IMG/VR virus record: IMGVR_UViG_3300031519_000054
Location: 1 to 43,361 of that record
Origin: a virus
Lineage: Duplodnaviria; Caudoviricetes
Strand: one strand, 5' to 3'
DNA length: 43,361 nucleotides
How positions within the stretch are numbered: position 1 is the stretch's first letter; the number at the start of each line of letters is the position of its first letter. The notes under the pieces were generated by a model. It worked only from the letters and a program-made list of their open reading frames with translations, did no database searches and was not told the origin of the DNA. Shown here piece after piece: positions 28,101-35,216 of this stretch. Both the position numbers and the translations under genes were made by a program.

Positions 28101-31100
28101 GGTCATTGTCATCGAATCACCAAACGCTGTGTTCAGTGACGACCCATCTGCACTTATGCCTTCTAGTGTCTGCGCCAGAGAGAACGAATGATCTGTGCTA
28201 CCGTCATTTGCCTGTGAATTCCTTATGTATATTTCCACTTTACCTGCCTGTCCCGGTGCCAGTGAACTCACTGCCAGTATGTCACCATTGTCATTGGCTT
28301 CTAATCTGTGTCCAAATCTTTTCCCTGCTCCAGCATCCGCTGATGTGATCGTTAAATTCTGTGTCCATGTGTCGTATGTTGATCCGTCCGCACCGATGCC
28401 CCACTCATACATGTAGACCTGTCCCACATCATCACCATGTCCCGGTGCTCCAACGAAAAGATATTTCGTTGCTGTTGTTCTGCCTGATCCCACACCTGGT
28501 TCTGAAATCTTGTGTGACCAACCGAAGTTCTGTGTCTGTACTGAATCTGTAGTCGAACCATCTTCTGGTGGAGTTAGGGTGTTCAGTATTCCATACTTGA
28601 ATGTTGTTGGATCCCATAGGTATATCTTAACCAGTCCACTGTCTGTGTATCTAGTACTGCCATCTGAACTTATTGTGTTGGTGAATGGTGCACCTGCTAC
28701 AACGAAGTTCTCATCTGTACTCATAGATAGTGATTCACCCAACCTACTAGTGTTGTCATCATTTTCTGTCATGGTCTGTGTTGACTGTGACTGAAACAGT
28801 GTTCCTGCCGCTGTGTTAGATCTGAACAGGAAATGTACTTCTCCCTGAGCTTTTCCTGGAGCAGAAACAACAAGTGTCCTACCATCATTCCTCGCCACTA
28901 TCTTGTGACCGAACTCTTGGTCTGATGTTGATACATCCGGAGACGGTATTGTACCCGTTACGTACGGATCCTGTTTCTCGTACACACGCCACAGTCCTGA
29001 GCTGTCTGTGTCAGCAAACACCTTGTCGCCTTCTTTTTCTATGGCCACATCCTTATCGTTATAGTCAGCATAGTTGATTAGGTCATTCACATTGTCCATG
29101 GATGTCAATCTCACTGATATGAATTTGTAAATATTTCCGTAGCTGTCTGACGTTGATCCATCTTCCAGTGTTGGTATGAATGCAGTAGAGCCAGTGTAAT
29201 TTATTATCACAGTCTTGTGATCTGTCACGCTCGAAACTTGGTGCACACCGTTAAGTGTAAGTTCCTCACTGTTTGATATTCCAAAGTAGTCGGCCAGTTT
29301 TGTGGGTGAGCCTCCTGTCAGTCCATGTGAACTAGTGAAGGTCAGTTCTAGCTGTGTGGCATCATTAATTGTTTTTAGTTCAGCTATCTTAATTTTGGCG
29401 CTGGTTATCCTAAACACGTCCCAGTCGTTGTTGGATTTGTTCGCTACCCATATGAGATCATTTGACGTTATACGATTCATGTCTAGATTACTGATATCCG
29501 TTATGTTAAATGCAGTGTGTTGTACCTGATTCAGCTGTGGATATCCTGCTGTCTTGTAGACCTGTGCATGATCCCTTTCCACACCCTCCTTGGTGTAATC
29601 TAATCTGCTGAAAGTTGTCGAAGCAGTGTAGTCAACAGGCTTGTAGTACATTTGATCCTTACTAACCGAAATAGATCTCGTGAACTCCTTGGTCTCGTTG
29701 GTTGTGTCAAACAATTCTACACTTTGTGGGTTTGAATATACCTCGTTGTCTTTGAGTGTTATCTGTATGTTTTCTACAGAATCTGTATTTCCAAATCTTC
29801 CTGTCCTGATCATCCATTCCGGATACATTTCTAAGTTGATGTTTTCTCCCTCGTACTGTACCTTTAGAATCTTGTCTATTGCATTCTGTGTGCCCTTCTC
29901 TCTGATGTACCCTTGGTAGAACTTGTACTGTGATACATCATTGACAAATAAGTTTTCCAAGTAATCCCTTGACTGGTACCCTATAAGTCTCTGTGCCAGT
30001 CGCTGTTGTGACTCATCGAAGTTGTTTGACTCTAGATTATAGAAATCATTGAACTGTGATATTTTGTAATCAAAGTTTGGAATCAATTGCGGTGCCGGTT
30101 TCTCATCTTTTAATGTCCAGTTTGAAGTTTCAAAGGTTGTTGTCGAGTTATGATTCACTGTTGCAACATAGAATTTTCCTTGGTACTCTACGGAGTCGCC
30201 TATCCTGTAGTCTGTATTTGCTGTCCAATATGAAACCTGTGCGGCATCAAACATAAATCCTGGAGCATAGTAATCGCCATTCCATCCTGCTGTCTTCCAT
30301 CCAACAAGTTTAAGCCTCTGCTGTCTGAACCCTGTGAAAGGATCATATATAATGTCTGCAAATACTGTGCTGTTGTCAAACAATAATATGTGCTCTTTCT
30401 GTACTGTGTTAAGTGCCACATTGTAAAGACCTATGCTGTCTGACTTGATTGATAAGTCAAACGTCTTGCCAATACGTTTTGTTGATATCTCTGCTATATC
30501 TATTTTCCTTCCCCCTGCGTCCAACAATGAGTAATCACCTGCTAGGTTCCTTAATTTGCCAACTATACTGTTGTTCGTGTCAAGTTCAAACCCATCTGCC
30601 GCTGGTGATACTGTCACTGCAGATCCTGGTGCCCATTCCTGTGTCGTCCAGAACAAGAACTCCCTGACTGCGTTTGCCCAGTTAAGTGTTTCTTTCAGTT
30701 CATTCGAATACCTATTAAATTTAAATCCTTGGCTTTCCAACCAGTGGCCGTAGCCAAAAAGGAAATCAGCTACATCCTGAATCGTGTTAAACACATAACC
30801 ATAAGGTATGGTCTGTGTATTTTCCTGGAAAGATGCGTATCGTTTGACCGACGTCGCGCCAGTTACTGATACTGCATACTCTGTTGCCGTTTTAACAGGG
30901 TAGTTAAATTTAAAATATGGTTTTGTAGTTGAGTATCCAAGTATTTTGTATCCACCTAAAAGTGTAGAACCGTCACTAGTCGCATCATTGTTTTTCTCTA
31001 TCAACACACCCGAGTACTGGAAACTTTCAACAGGATTGGATGTCCTAAACAATATCTTGTAGTTCTCATCCGGTATGAATTTTGAACCTGACACCGATCC

Positions 31101-34100
31101 CGGTGATACAGAATCAGTCAATACTTTTAAGTTGTCCTTGTCTGTAAATCCTCCCAGTTTGTATGCTAACTGTGTGGAAAGATTTTTCATCTTTTTGTAG
31201 TAGAATTCTGTGACATCTAAGTCACGTGATATCAAATAGTTGACTACAAATGGCTGGTATCCTGCTGTCTGGTACCTTGTTGTCACTCCAGTATTATTGT
31301 CAGTCACTGTTTCCAAGTGGTACTTGGATGTGGCCAGTGTTTTCCTAATACCCGTATCTGTGTCGATCAGATTTCCTGCTGTGTTGGTTGTCAGTCTAGA
31401 AGGATCAAACAGGTTTGAAAAGAATTTAGCCGGTCTGGTAAGTGCCAGTGTCTTTATTACATTAAAAGGATATGCACTAGATCTCCTCCATGATGTTTCT
31501 GCTGGCCCCCAATCTCCGAATTTCCATGAAGCCTGCCTGCCCGGTATGTCAAAGTTGTCCACAAGTCCTGCCGCAAGTGGATCTAAAAGATTACCTGATG
31601 CATCGACCGGTAGATAAGTTTTAATTTCTGGCTTACCATATCTGCCTGGCTCTGTTGCAACGGCATCCCAAAGTACATCATTGGCCGATGTGTATGGAGC
31701 TGGTCCGTATGTTGCTTCCCAGTCTGTTGGCTTCTCTGCATGTCCAAACATCTCCCATGGTCTCAAGTGCGGAGCATCTGTATCGTAGAAGTAATTGTAT
31801 ATGCCTCTCCAGTGTCCTGGGAGAGATTGAATGTTCAGTCTATCTGTGCTTCTCGCATAGTTGTATGTGAACGGGGAACCTTCGACAAAACTTGTGTTGT
31901 TGATGTACTGTACACTGTTCCTGCCTGACCATGTGTAGAAGTCAGTTGCCGCAACATCATTAATTTCTTGCAGTGTGTATTCCGTTGATGTGAATGCACT
32001 AGGCGTAACATCATGTATATCGATCAAAGAGGGATCGTGTGCTGTCTTAAGATTGTTATAGATCCTTTTCTCTAACTCGAGTATAAGGTCATCTCTCTCA
32101 TCGCCGTATGCTTTTATAATTGATCCGTCGTGTCTCCTGATCACTGCCGTGTCGGTTATGTAAGTTGTATCTGTGAATGATTCCGGTTTGTATTTTGGAT
32201 ACATTCCAAGTTTAGTCGGACTTGGTGGCATGTAACTGCCAGTTGTGTCTGAATAGTCCTTTATCTTGACAATGTCCCCTTCCGCAAGTGTGGTCGATAT
32301 GGTCACGCTGTCATCAACTGTGCTGAATGTGTAGTCCGTGCCTAAAATTAGTTGTACATCATTCAGATAAACATAGACTGCCCTGTTGCTGGTTGTTGTT
32401 ATGTCATGCTGTGAGTCAAGTGCATAATCTGTCTGTGTTGCTCCAAGCACTGTGTAAGTTCTTGTTGAAACATTCTCTCCCCAACCTATCATATCCTCGT
32501 AGTAGAATGGGAAAGTGCTTTTCCTACCTAGTGTTATTGCTGGAACAATCTCATCGACCCTGTCTGCGGCATTGCCTTCGTATGCTGTACCTATTGCATG
32601 TGTAAGAAATGCATTATACCATTTCTCGTATTCCTGGTTGGCATAGTCTATTGCCAATATTGTGTTAGATTCCTGGTCTATAAGACCAAACACTGCTGGA
32701 AGTAATGGTGCTTCGTGTTGGTGTATGCTACCACCTTTTAATCTCGCATTAGGTCTGTCTCTTAGGTTTGACTCTCCTGGTATCGCACCTGTCACATCTT
32801 GATTCTTGTCAAATATATCCCTAACGTGTCCCAGTATCTGTCCAAAGGTGAACGTTCCTAACTGCATGTTCAAGCTGTTAGTAGATAAATTTTCCGGTAC
32901 TTCGTAGATACCTTTGTTGACTATCTTGTCGGCACCGCTATAACCAGCAACACGTATCTGATCGTTGACTGCCAAGGCCTTGACAAATTTTACGTACTTG
33001 TTGGTTGTACCGTCAACAAGCGTGTAATCCGTTGCGAGTGTTTTCCTGGAACCATTCACAGAAACTGAAACTTCCAGGTCTGTTAAGCCTGCAGAATTCT
33101 TGTAGAAATCTATAGGAAACAGTTGGTTCTCTGTACTATCCACGATGAAAGTCCTTATGACCCTCTGTTTACTCTCGTTGGTCCTTTTTATCCAGGCGCT
33201 CCTTGAGTTGTGTGTTTCTCTGCCTGTCGTGTAGTGAAGATGTCCTTCTGCTAGATTCTTTGTTACAGTAGCCGATCCGGATTTGTAAGAGAATGTTCCG
33301 GCTGTGTGGTCTGATTCAAAGACAATGTCACCTACATTATTAATTGTGTTGTATTTTACTTTGATTCCTAAAACTGTGTCTGTGGTTGCCGTGTCAGACG
33401 TTTTAAATTCAAAAACTTTTGCACCAACAAATGTTGAGTTTGGATATACTGTTGTATCATCGAAACTTATGTGTTTATCGTCCCACATACCAAACAATGG
33501 CTGTTGGTTTACTCCTGTCTTCTGCTGTGATTCAACCCAGGCAGTGGTTGCATTGTTGTAATAGAAGGTCTTGCCTTGATTCGTTGTTCCAAATTCTACA
33601 AACACACTGTCCTTGTCAGCTGGAACTCCGTCTGCCTCTTGTGTCAGTGAGATCACTTGTGTGCTGTCGCCTGCTGTCGCAAAGCTGACTTTGTATATCC
33701 TACCGTTTACTGTGGGATCCGTGTCTGCTGAGAATATCACCCTCATACCTTCTGCAAGTGTGATACCATCCACTATGTAACCTGTTTGGAGCACGACATC
33801 ACTGAATGCATCTGTCGTCACTGTGTCATAAAGTGTCACAGATGTTTTGGCCACAGTACCGTGGTTGTAAAGTGCAAGTCCCGAATCAAATTCAATAATA
33901 GGTCTCTTGGCCCTGTCATTCTCGTCCAGGTTCGCTGTGAAACCATTTACCCTAGCTGTTTCCTCTATCACAGACTTATGGAACCATCTGTTGTATCTGG
34001 ACCATGCGTTCTGATCACGAGAATCCCTCTTTATCGTTATATGGTCTTTGGTTTCTGGTGTGTAGTATGCAAGGGCATAGGGCCTCGAGTCATAATCAAC

Positions 34101-35216
34101 CGAATCGTAGAGTATGGTACTTTCTGTGGCATAACTTGCCGGTGTTATAAGATCGTCAACATTGGTCAGTGTTATAGATTCCCCAACACCCTCCACATAG
34201 TATTCCTTGTTAAGATATGGTGAATTCGTTGCAAGTTGTCCTGCTGTAAATTTTACTTTCATTCCGTTAGAAAGATTCAATGTTCTTATGCTGTAATCCT
34301 TGACCCCTACTATGTCGTCCTCGGGATTAATTTTTGCTAGTGTGCTGACATCTCTTATCTGTAATATACCATACATGGCATTATGTTTACCACACTGATA
34401 GTACAGAGTATCCGGAGTACCTGTAAGTGGTACAGTGAATGTTACTGTGCCGTATTGGGCACCTTGGTTGGTCACGCCTGTTGAGTAAAGTGTTGACGTT
34501 GAACCATCCTCTGCAACCTGACTCTTGTATGGTTCAGTCATTATGTAGAAAGGATGTCCTTTTACGTTTACATTAAATTTGTATGTGTTACCCCTGTAGA
34601 GTGTTAGTATGGGATTATTTTCTCCAGGTCTGTGACCAAAATTGTATGCACCCTTGGCAAGATTGACCACATCATATTCTGCAACAACCGACGGTCCTAC
34701 AGAGTCTATCTCTATTGCGTTCGGACCGGTCGGCATCCAGTAGTATTCCCTATAATTGATCAACTTGTCGTAGTCGATTGCTGGGTTCCACCCGTAAACA
34801 GTTTCCTTGTTCAGCCTGTCATGGTTGTCCACCTTGCCGCCAAGGTACTTGATTTGATTTATGTAGTCGTCATACGTTCCTGTGAACTTGACCTGATCTT
34901 CTGGATTTATCGATGTAGTGTCTCTGCCTGTGTACGTCACAGCAGGTTCCAGCTGATATGCCATCCTGTCCATGTTGGTGGCTGTAACGTATCTGTCTGT
35001 TACTAATCTGGTGTAGGCATCCTGCCTGCCGATGAAACCATCCAATCTCTCCAGTTCACCCTTCTGTACCAAAGGATCCAGTGTGCTCGATAGGAATCTC
35101 TGGTTGCTGTCTGTCCTGTAGAACGCCGGTAGGTGTTGTACAGTCTTCCTGTACTCATTGTTGCCTTGCTTGACTACTTCGTTGTTAGATGATGTGTTTG
35201 TTGGATTGTCAGCCAT
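22167..35216 (-). CDS. Giant 4349-aa multidomain virion (baseplate wedge-associated) protein
   Basis: Uninterrupted 13-kb ORF immediately after the gp6-like gene. Contains a cupredoxin-like motif, two CBM5/12-like modules, seven FG-GAP-like blades, GDG(S/T)T-x-x-F beta-sandwich repeats and a C-terminal ERIEY...LRRGTLGT domain. Confidence 0.85.
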   Translation of the reverse strand: MADNPTNTSSNNEVVKQGNNEYRKTVQHLPAFYRTDSNQRFLSSTLDPLVQKGELERLDGFIGRQDAYTRLVTDRYVTATNMDRMAYQLEPAVTYTGRDTTSINPEDQVKFTGTYDDYINQIKYLGGKVDNHDRLNKETVYGWNPAIDYDKLINYREYYWMPTGPNAIEIDSVGPSVVAEYDVVNLAKGAYNFGHRPGENNPILTLYRGNTYKFNVNVKGHPFYIMTEPYKSQVAEDGSTSTLYSTGVTNQGAQYGTVTFTVPLTGTPDTLYYQCGKHNAMYGILQIRDVSTLAKINPEDDIVGVKDYSIRTLNLSNGMKVKFTAGQLATNSPYLNKEYYVEGVGESITLTNVDDLITPASYATESTILYDSVDYDSRPYALAYYTPETKDHITIKRDSRDQNAWSRYNRWFHKSVIEETARVNGFTANLDENDRAKRPIIEFDSGLALYNHGTVAKTSVTLYDTVTTDAFSDVVLQTGYIVDGITLAEGMRVIFSADTDPTVNGRIYKVSFATAGDSTQVISLTQEADGVPADKDSVFVEFGTTNQGKTFYYNNATTAWVESQQKTGVNQQPLFGMWDDKHISFDDTTVYPNSTFVGAKVFEFKTSDTATTDTVLGIKVKYNTINNVGDIVFESDHTAGTFSYKSGSATVTKNLAEGHLHYTTGRETHNSRSAWIKRTNESKQRVIRTFIVDSTENQLFPIDFYKNSAGLTDLEVSVSVNGSRKTLATDYTLVDGTTNKYVKFVKALAVNDQIRVAGYSGADKIVNKGIYEVPENLSTNSLNMQLGTFTFGQILGHVRDIFDKNQDVTGAIPGESNLRDRPNARLKGGSIHQHEAPLLPAVFGLIDQESNTILAIDYANQEYEKWYNAFLTHAIGTAYEGNAADRVDEIVPAITLGRKSTFPFYYEDMIGWGENVSTRTYTVLGATQTDYALDSQHDITTTSNRAVYVYLNDVQLILGTDYTFSTVDDSVTISTTLAEGDIVKIKDYSDTTGSYMPPSPTKLGMYPKYKPESFTDTTYITDTAVIRRHDGSIIKAYGDERDDLILELEKRIYNNLKTAHDPSLIDIHDVTPSAFTSTEYTLQEINDVAATDFYTWSGRNSVQYINNTSFVEGSPFTYNYARSTDRLNIQSLPGHWRGIYNYFYDTDAPHLRPWEMFGHAEKPTDWEATYGPAPYTSANDVLWDAVATEPGRYGKPEIKTYLPVDASGNLLDPLAAGLVDNFDIPGRQASWKFGDWGPAETSWRRSSAYPFNVIKTLALTRPAKFFSNLFDPSRLTTNTAGNLIDTDTGIRKTLATSKYHLETVTDNNTGVTTRYQTAGYQPFVVNYLISRDLDVTEFYYKKMKNLSTQLAYKLGGFTDKDNLKVLTDSVSPGSVSGSKFIPDENYKILFRTSNPVESFQYSGVLIEKNNDATSDGSTLLGGYKILGYSTTKPYFKFNYPVKTATEYAVSVTGATSVKRYASFQENTQTIPYGYVFNTIQDVADFLFGYGHWLESQGFKFNRYSNELKETLNWANAVREFLFWTTQEWAPGSAVTVSPAADGFELDTNNSIVGKLRNLAGDYSLLDAGGRKIDIAEISTKRIGKTFDLSIKSDSIGLYNVALNTVQKEHILLFDNSTVFADIIYDPFTGFRQQRLKLVGWKTAGWNGDYYAPGFMFDAAQVSYWTANTDYRIGDSVEYQGKFYVATVNHNSTTTFETSNWTLKDEKPAPQLIPNFDYKISQFNDFYNLESNNFDESQQRLAQRLIGYQSRDYLENLFVNDVSQYKFYQGYIREKGTQNAIDKILKVQYEGENINLEMYPEWMIRTGRFGNTDSVENIQITLKDNEVYSNPQSVELFDTTNETKEFTRSISVSKDQMYYKPVDYTASTTFSRLDYTKEGVERDHAQVYKTAGYPQLNQVQHTAFNITDISNLDMNRITSNDLIWVANKSNNDWDVFRITSAKIKIAELKTINDATQLELTFTSSHGLTGGSPTKLADYFGISNSEELTLNGVHQVSSVTDHKTVIINYTGSTAFIPTLEDGSTSDSYGNIYKFISVRLTSMDNVNDLINYADYNDKDVAIEKEGDKVFADTDSSGLWRVYEKQDPYVTGTIPSPDVSTSDQEFGHKIVARNDGRTLVVSAPGKAQGEVHFLFRSNTAAGTLFQSQSTQTMTENDDNTSRLGESLSMSTDENFVVAGAPFTNTISSDGSTRYTDSGLVKIYLWDPTTFKYGILNTLTPPEDGSTTDSVQTQNFGWSHKISEPGVGSGRTTATKYLFVGAPGHGDDVGQVYMYEWGIGADGSTYDTWTQNLTITSADAGAGKRFGHRLEANDNGDILAVSSLAPGQAGKVEIYIRNSQANDGSTDHSFSLAQTLEGISADGSSLNTAFGDSMTMTKDGTVLIVGAPGVDDGSTGQIDGGAVYYYKWNADGSTNTYTLQQTIAAPDAQSNIKFGTSVDINTTGTRVMIGAEQGATPREMKIDAGETTFDLQDTTFGDLNTGSGAAYTATMYNTKFVIDDKMVTNNVSENDDFGKGLCVIDNTVFVGAPDDEGNIDISNDGTVAVFDLTVTGEYAWKNIASETALMDLDKLGQVFEFSKGAKQIRDHYDLYDPIQGRILGVADREINIKTTWDPAVYNTGENANTKTPWAERHLGEVWWDLSKVKWTWYQQGDQKFKLNNWGKIFPGSSIDIYEWTESTLLPSEWQLNAVSQDGASRGITGTPLNPDDSQYTVIRRYSSALNTLVNYYYYWVRNKSTIPSSSVVQRKNSTAFVANLILNPRRSGFNYYSVTDTNKLILNNVGTLSGSDVALNIDIRTNTFDGDAHSVWKLAKEGDKDWKPGTVIETRWWDSLIGQNSTGDLVPDIDLPVNERYGNSVRPRQSWYVDRYSALKEIIDYSNTVLKKNQLVGTINLTNLDSKDPEPTAQSLEWDTTIDTYAELTYIDTRDLSGTVRYLVRADETSNGYWAIYTWDGTEFTRTKLQTYDTSGYWNYTDWYGTDPAIHEMIHNENTPIDKQVTYEYELDTLDLAIGKHVKVTSADTGGWKLFMKTADGYINVGTENGTIRLSTKLYDYSQDATGFAGEDTFDDNFFDQSPATETRKILTALRDDIFINDLALEYNTLFFTGMRKVLAEQTYVDWMFKTSFINAKNSVRALDQRKTYTIGTDSWIESYINEVKPFHTKLREYRLGHTGTDTQDGLFTDFDSPTFYDATTGKIRALNVNSDTDKLTEYPWQMWNDYHKKYVSSITVSKGGSGYTKTPTVTIVGGTVGATGPFQILATSSSGSTSGSYGYFYPLFTSQEQAEIYDSQNGGAGTTNSYTFDGYTGTFYGPSTSITAQSTISFAFKMYTTPATTAATATATVVGGTVTKITVTGIGANYTSTPMVVLTGGADDGSTPSDTARAYANLNNDLVRDIDTTIKFDRVSSTSSVVDWTASTSYVYGQLIRYKNQLYKTTSAFTATTDFNDSTNNLYKVYGDETGLTAADRTKGFYTPTAGMAGNELSQVMSGVDYGGTMVTGLLFSQEQGWDKEGWYDFPWDNYGESRIKAFRADGLTASFTITPAPAVSDVYQVYVTSDDSTRKKRNEVIRGDGSTTVFILTSVPDAGSLVEFIPFDDDGVLTPTDDRTLDSIIKGGLFGSAIGSAPSDILLEGDDFVSPETSYAPEETVPGQLFDTLDIKVYTSPESGVPFISSKNHRGDGTTLTFSIGDYPGTLGSVTVSVDGVIKKGSALDSTISDYTINVTNKTITFDTAPAVNSVIASRVFAISGENYRVLDQYTGDGSTVTFTTSTRGEFNLDSTVSDIYITIDGVPTTAFTTTTTANAVTVTFNSAPVADAFVQIAGFNKSATSTRSFASIRNEAVTYDGSTERYTLTYPPGAIGPLSGLTIIEANGKVLRGPDVSYYLGDGTTLQYDFNAPSGVGGIPDTADTSLANADTRDITADRAGVPFQLGDDSTIDPAKTITSASQIQVHVNGVEQAPNTDYTVDLGNGIHTADETSETGDTTTTTADTASSPDHVVFVTAPTSTDLIAITTIADNQYYNEGSDIILDVAQLASDGHTLTANDVLSVTTFNNALGMKLRREVLEGRTLGIFKLRFDPLNAGYTFVWLNGVQQVQNYDFTMTGNTITFVGKTITASDRLDVMYFALESAASATGFRIFKDMLNRTFYKRISKNATTELVDDLTDTINTIQVKDGTALPEPDASNNMPGVVFIDKERIEYFTKNGNTLGQLRRGTLGTGIKDHSDGTLVVDASGTQTIPYADTVHTNTFTGDGSTVIFALSQAPSSASELDIFIGGQRLLLTSEDGSTINYSADGSTTAVTLSTAPATGTQVKILHKKGQVWYTALDGNPADGKGLQASTTGQAKFIANEPTNAPE
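27590..28913 (-). repeat. Seven FG-GAP-like (integrin-alpha-type beta-propeller) peptide repeats within the giant protein
   Basis: FGHKI..VVSAPG, LGESL..VAGAP, FGWSH..FVGAPG, FGHRL..LAVSS, FGDSM..IVGAPG, FGTSV..MIGA, FGKGL..FVGAP. Lower boundary is approximate. Confidence 0.75.
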
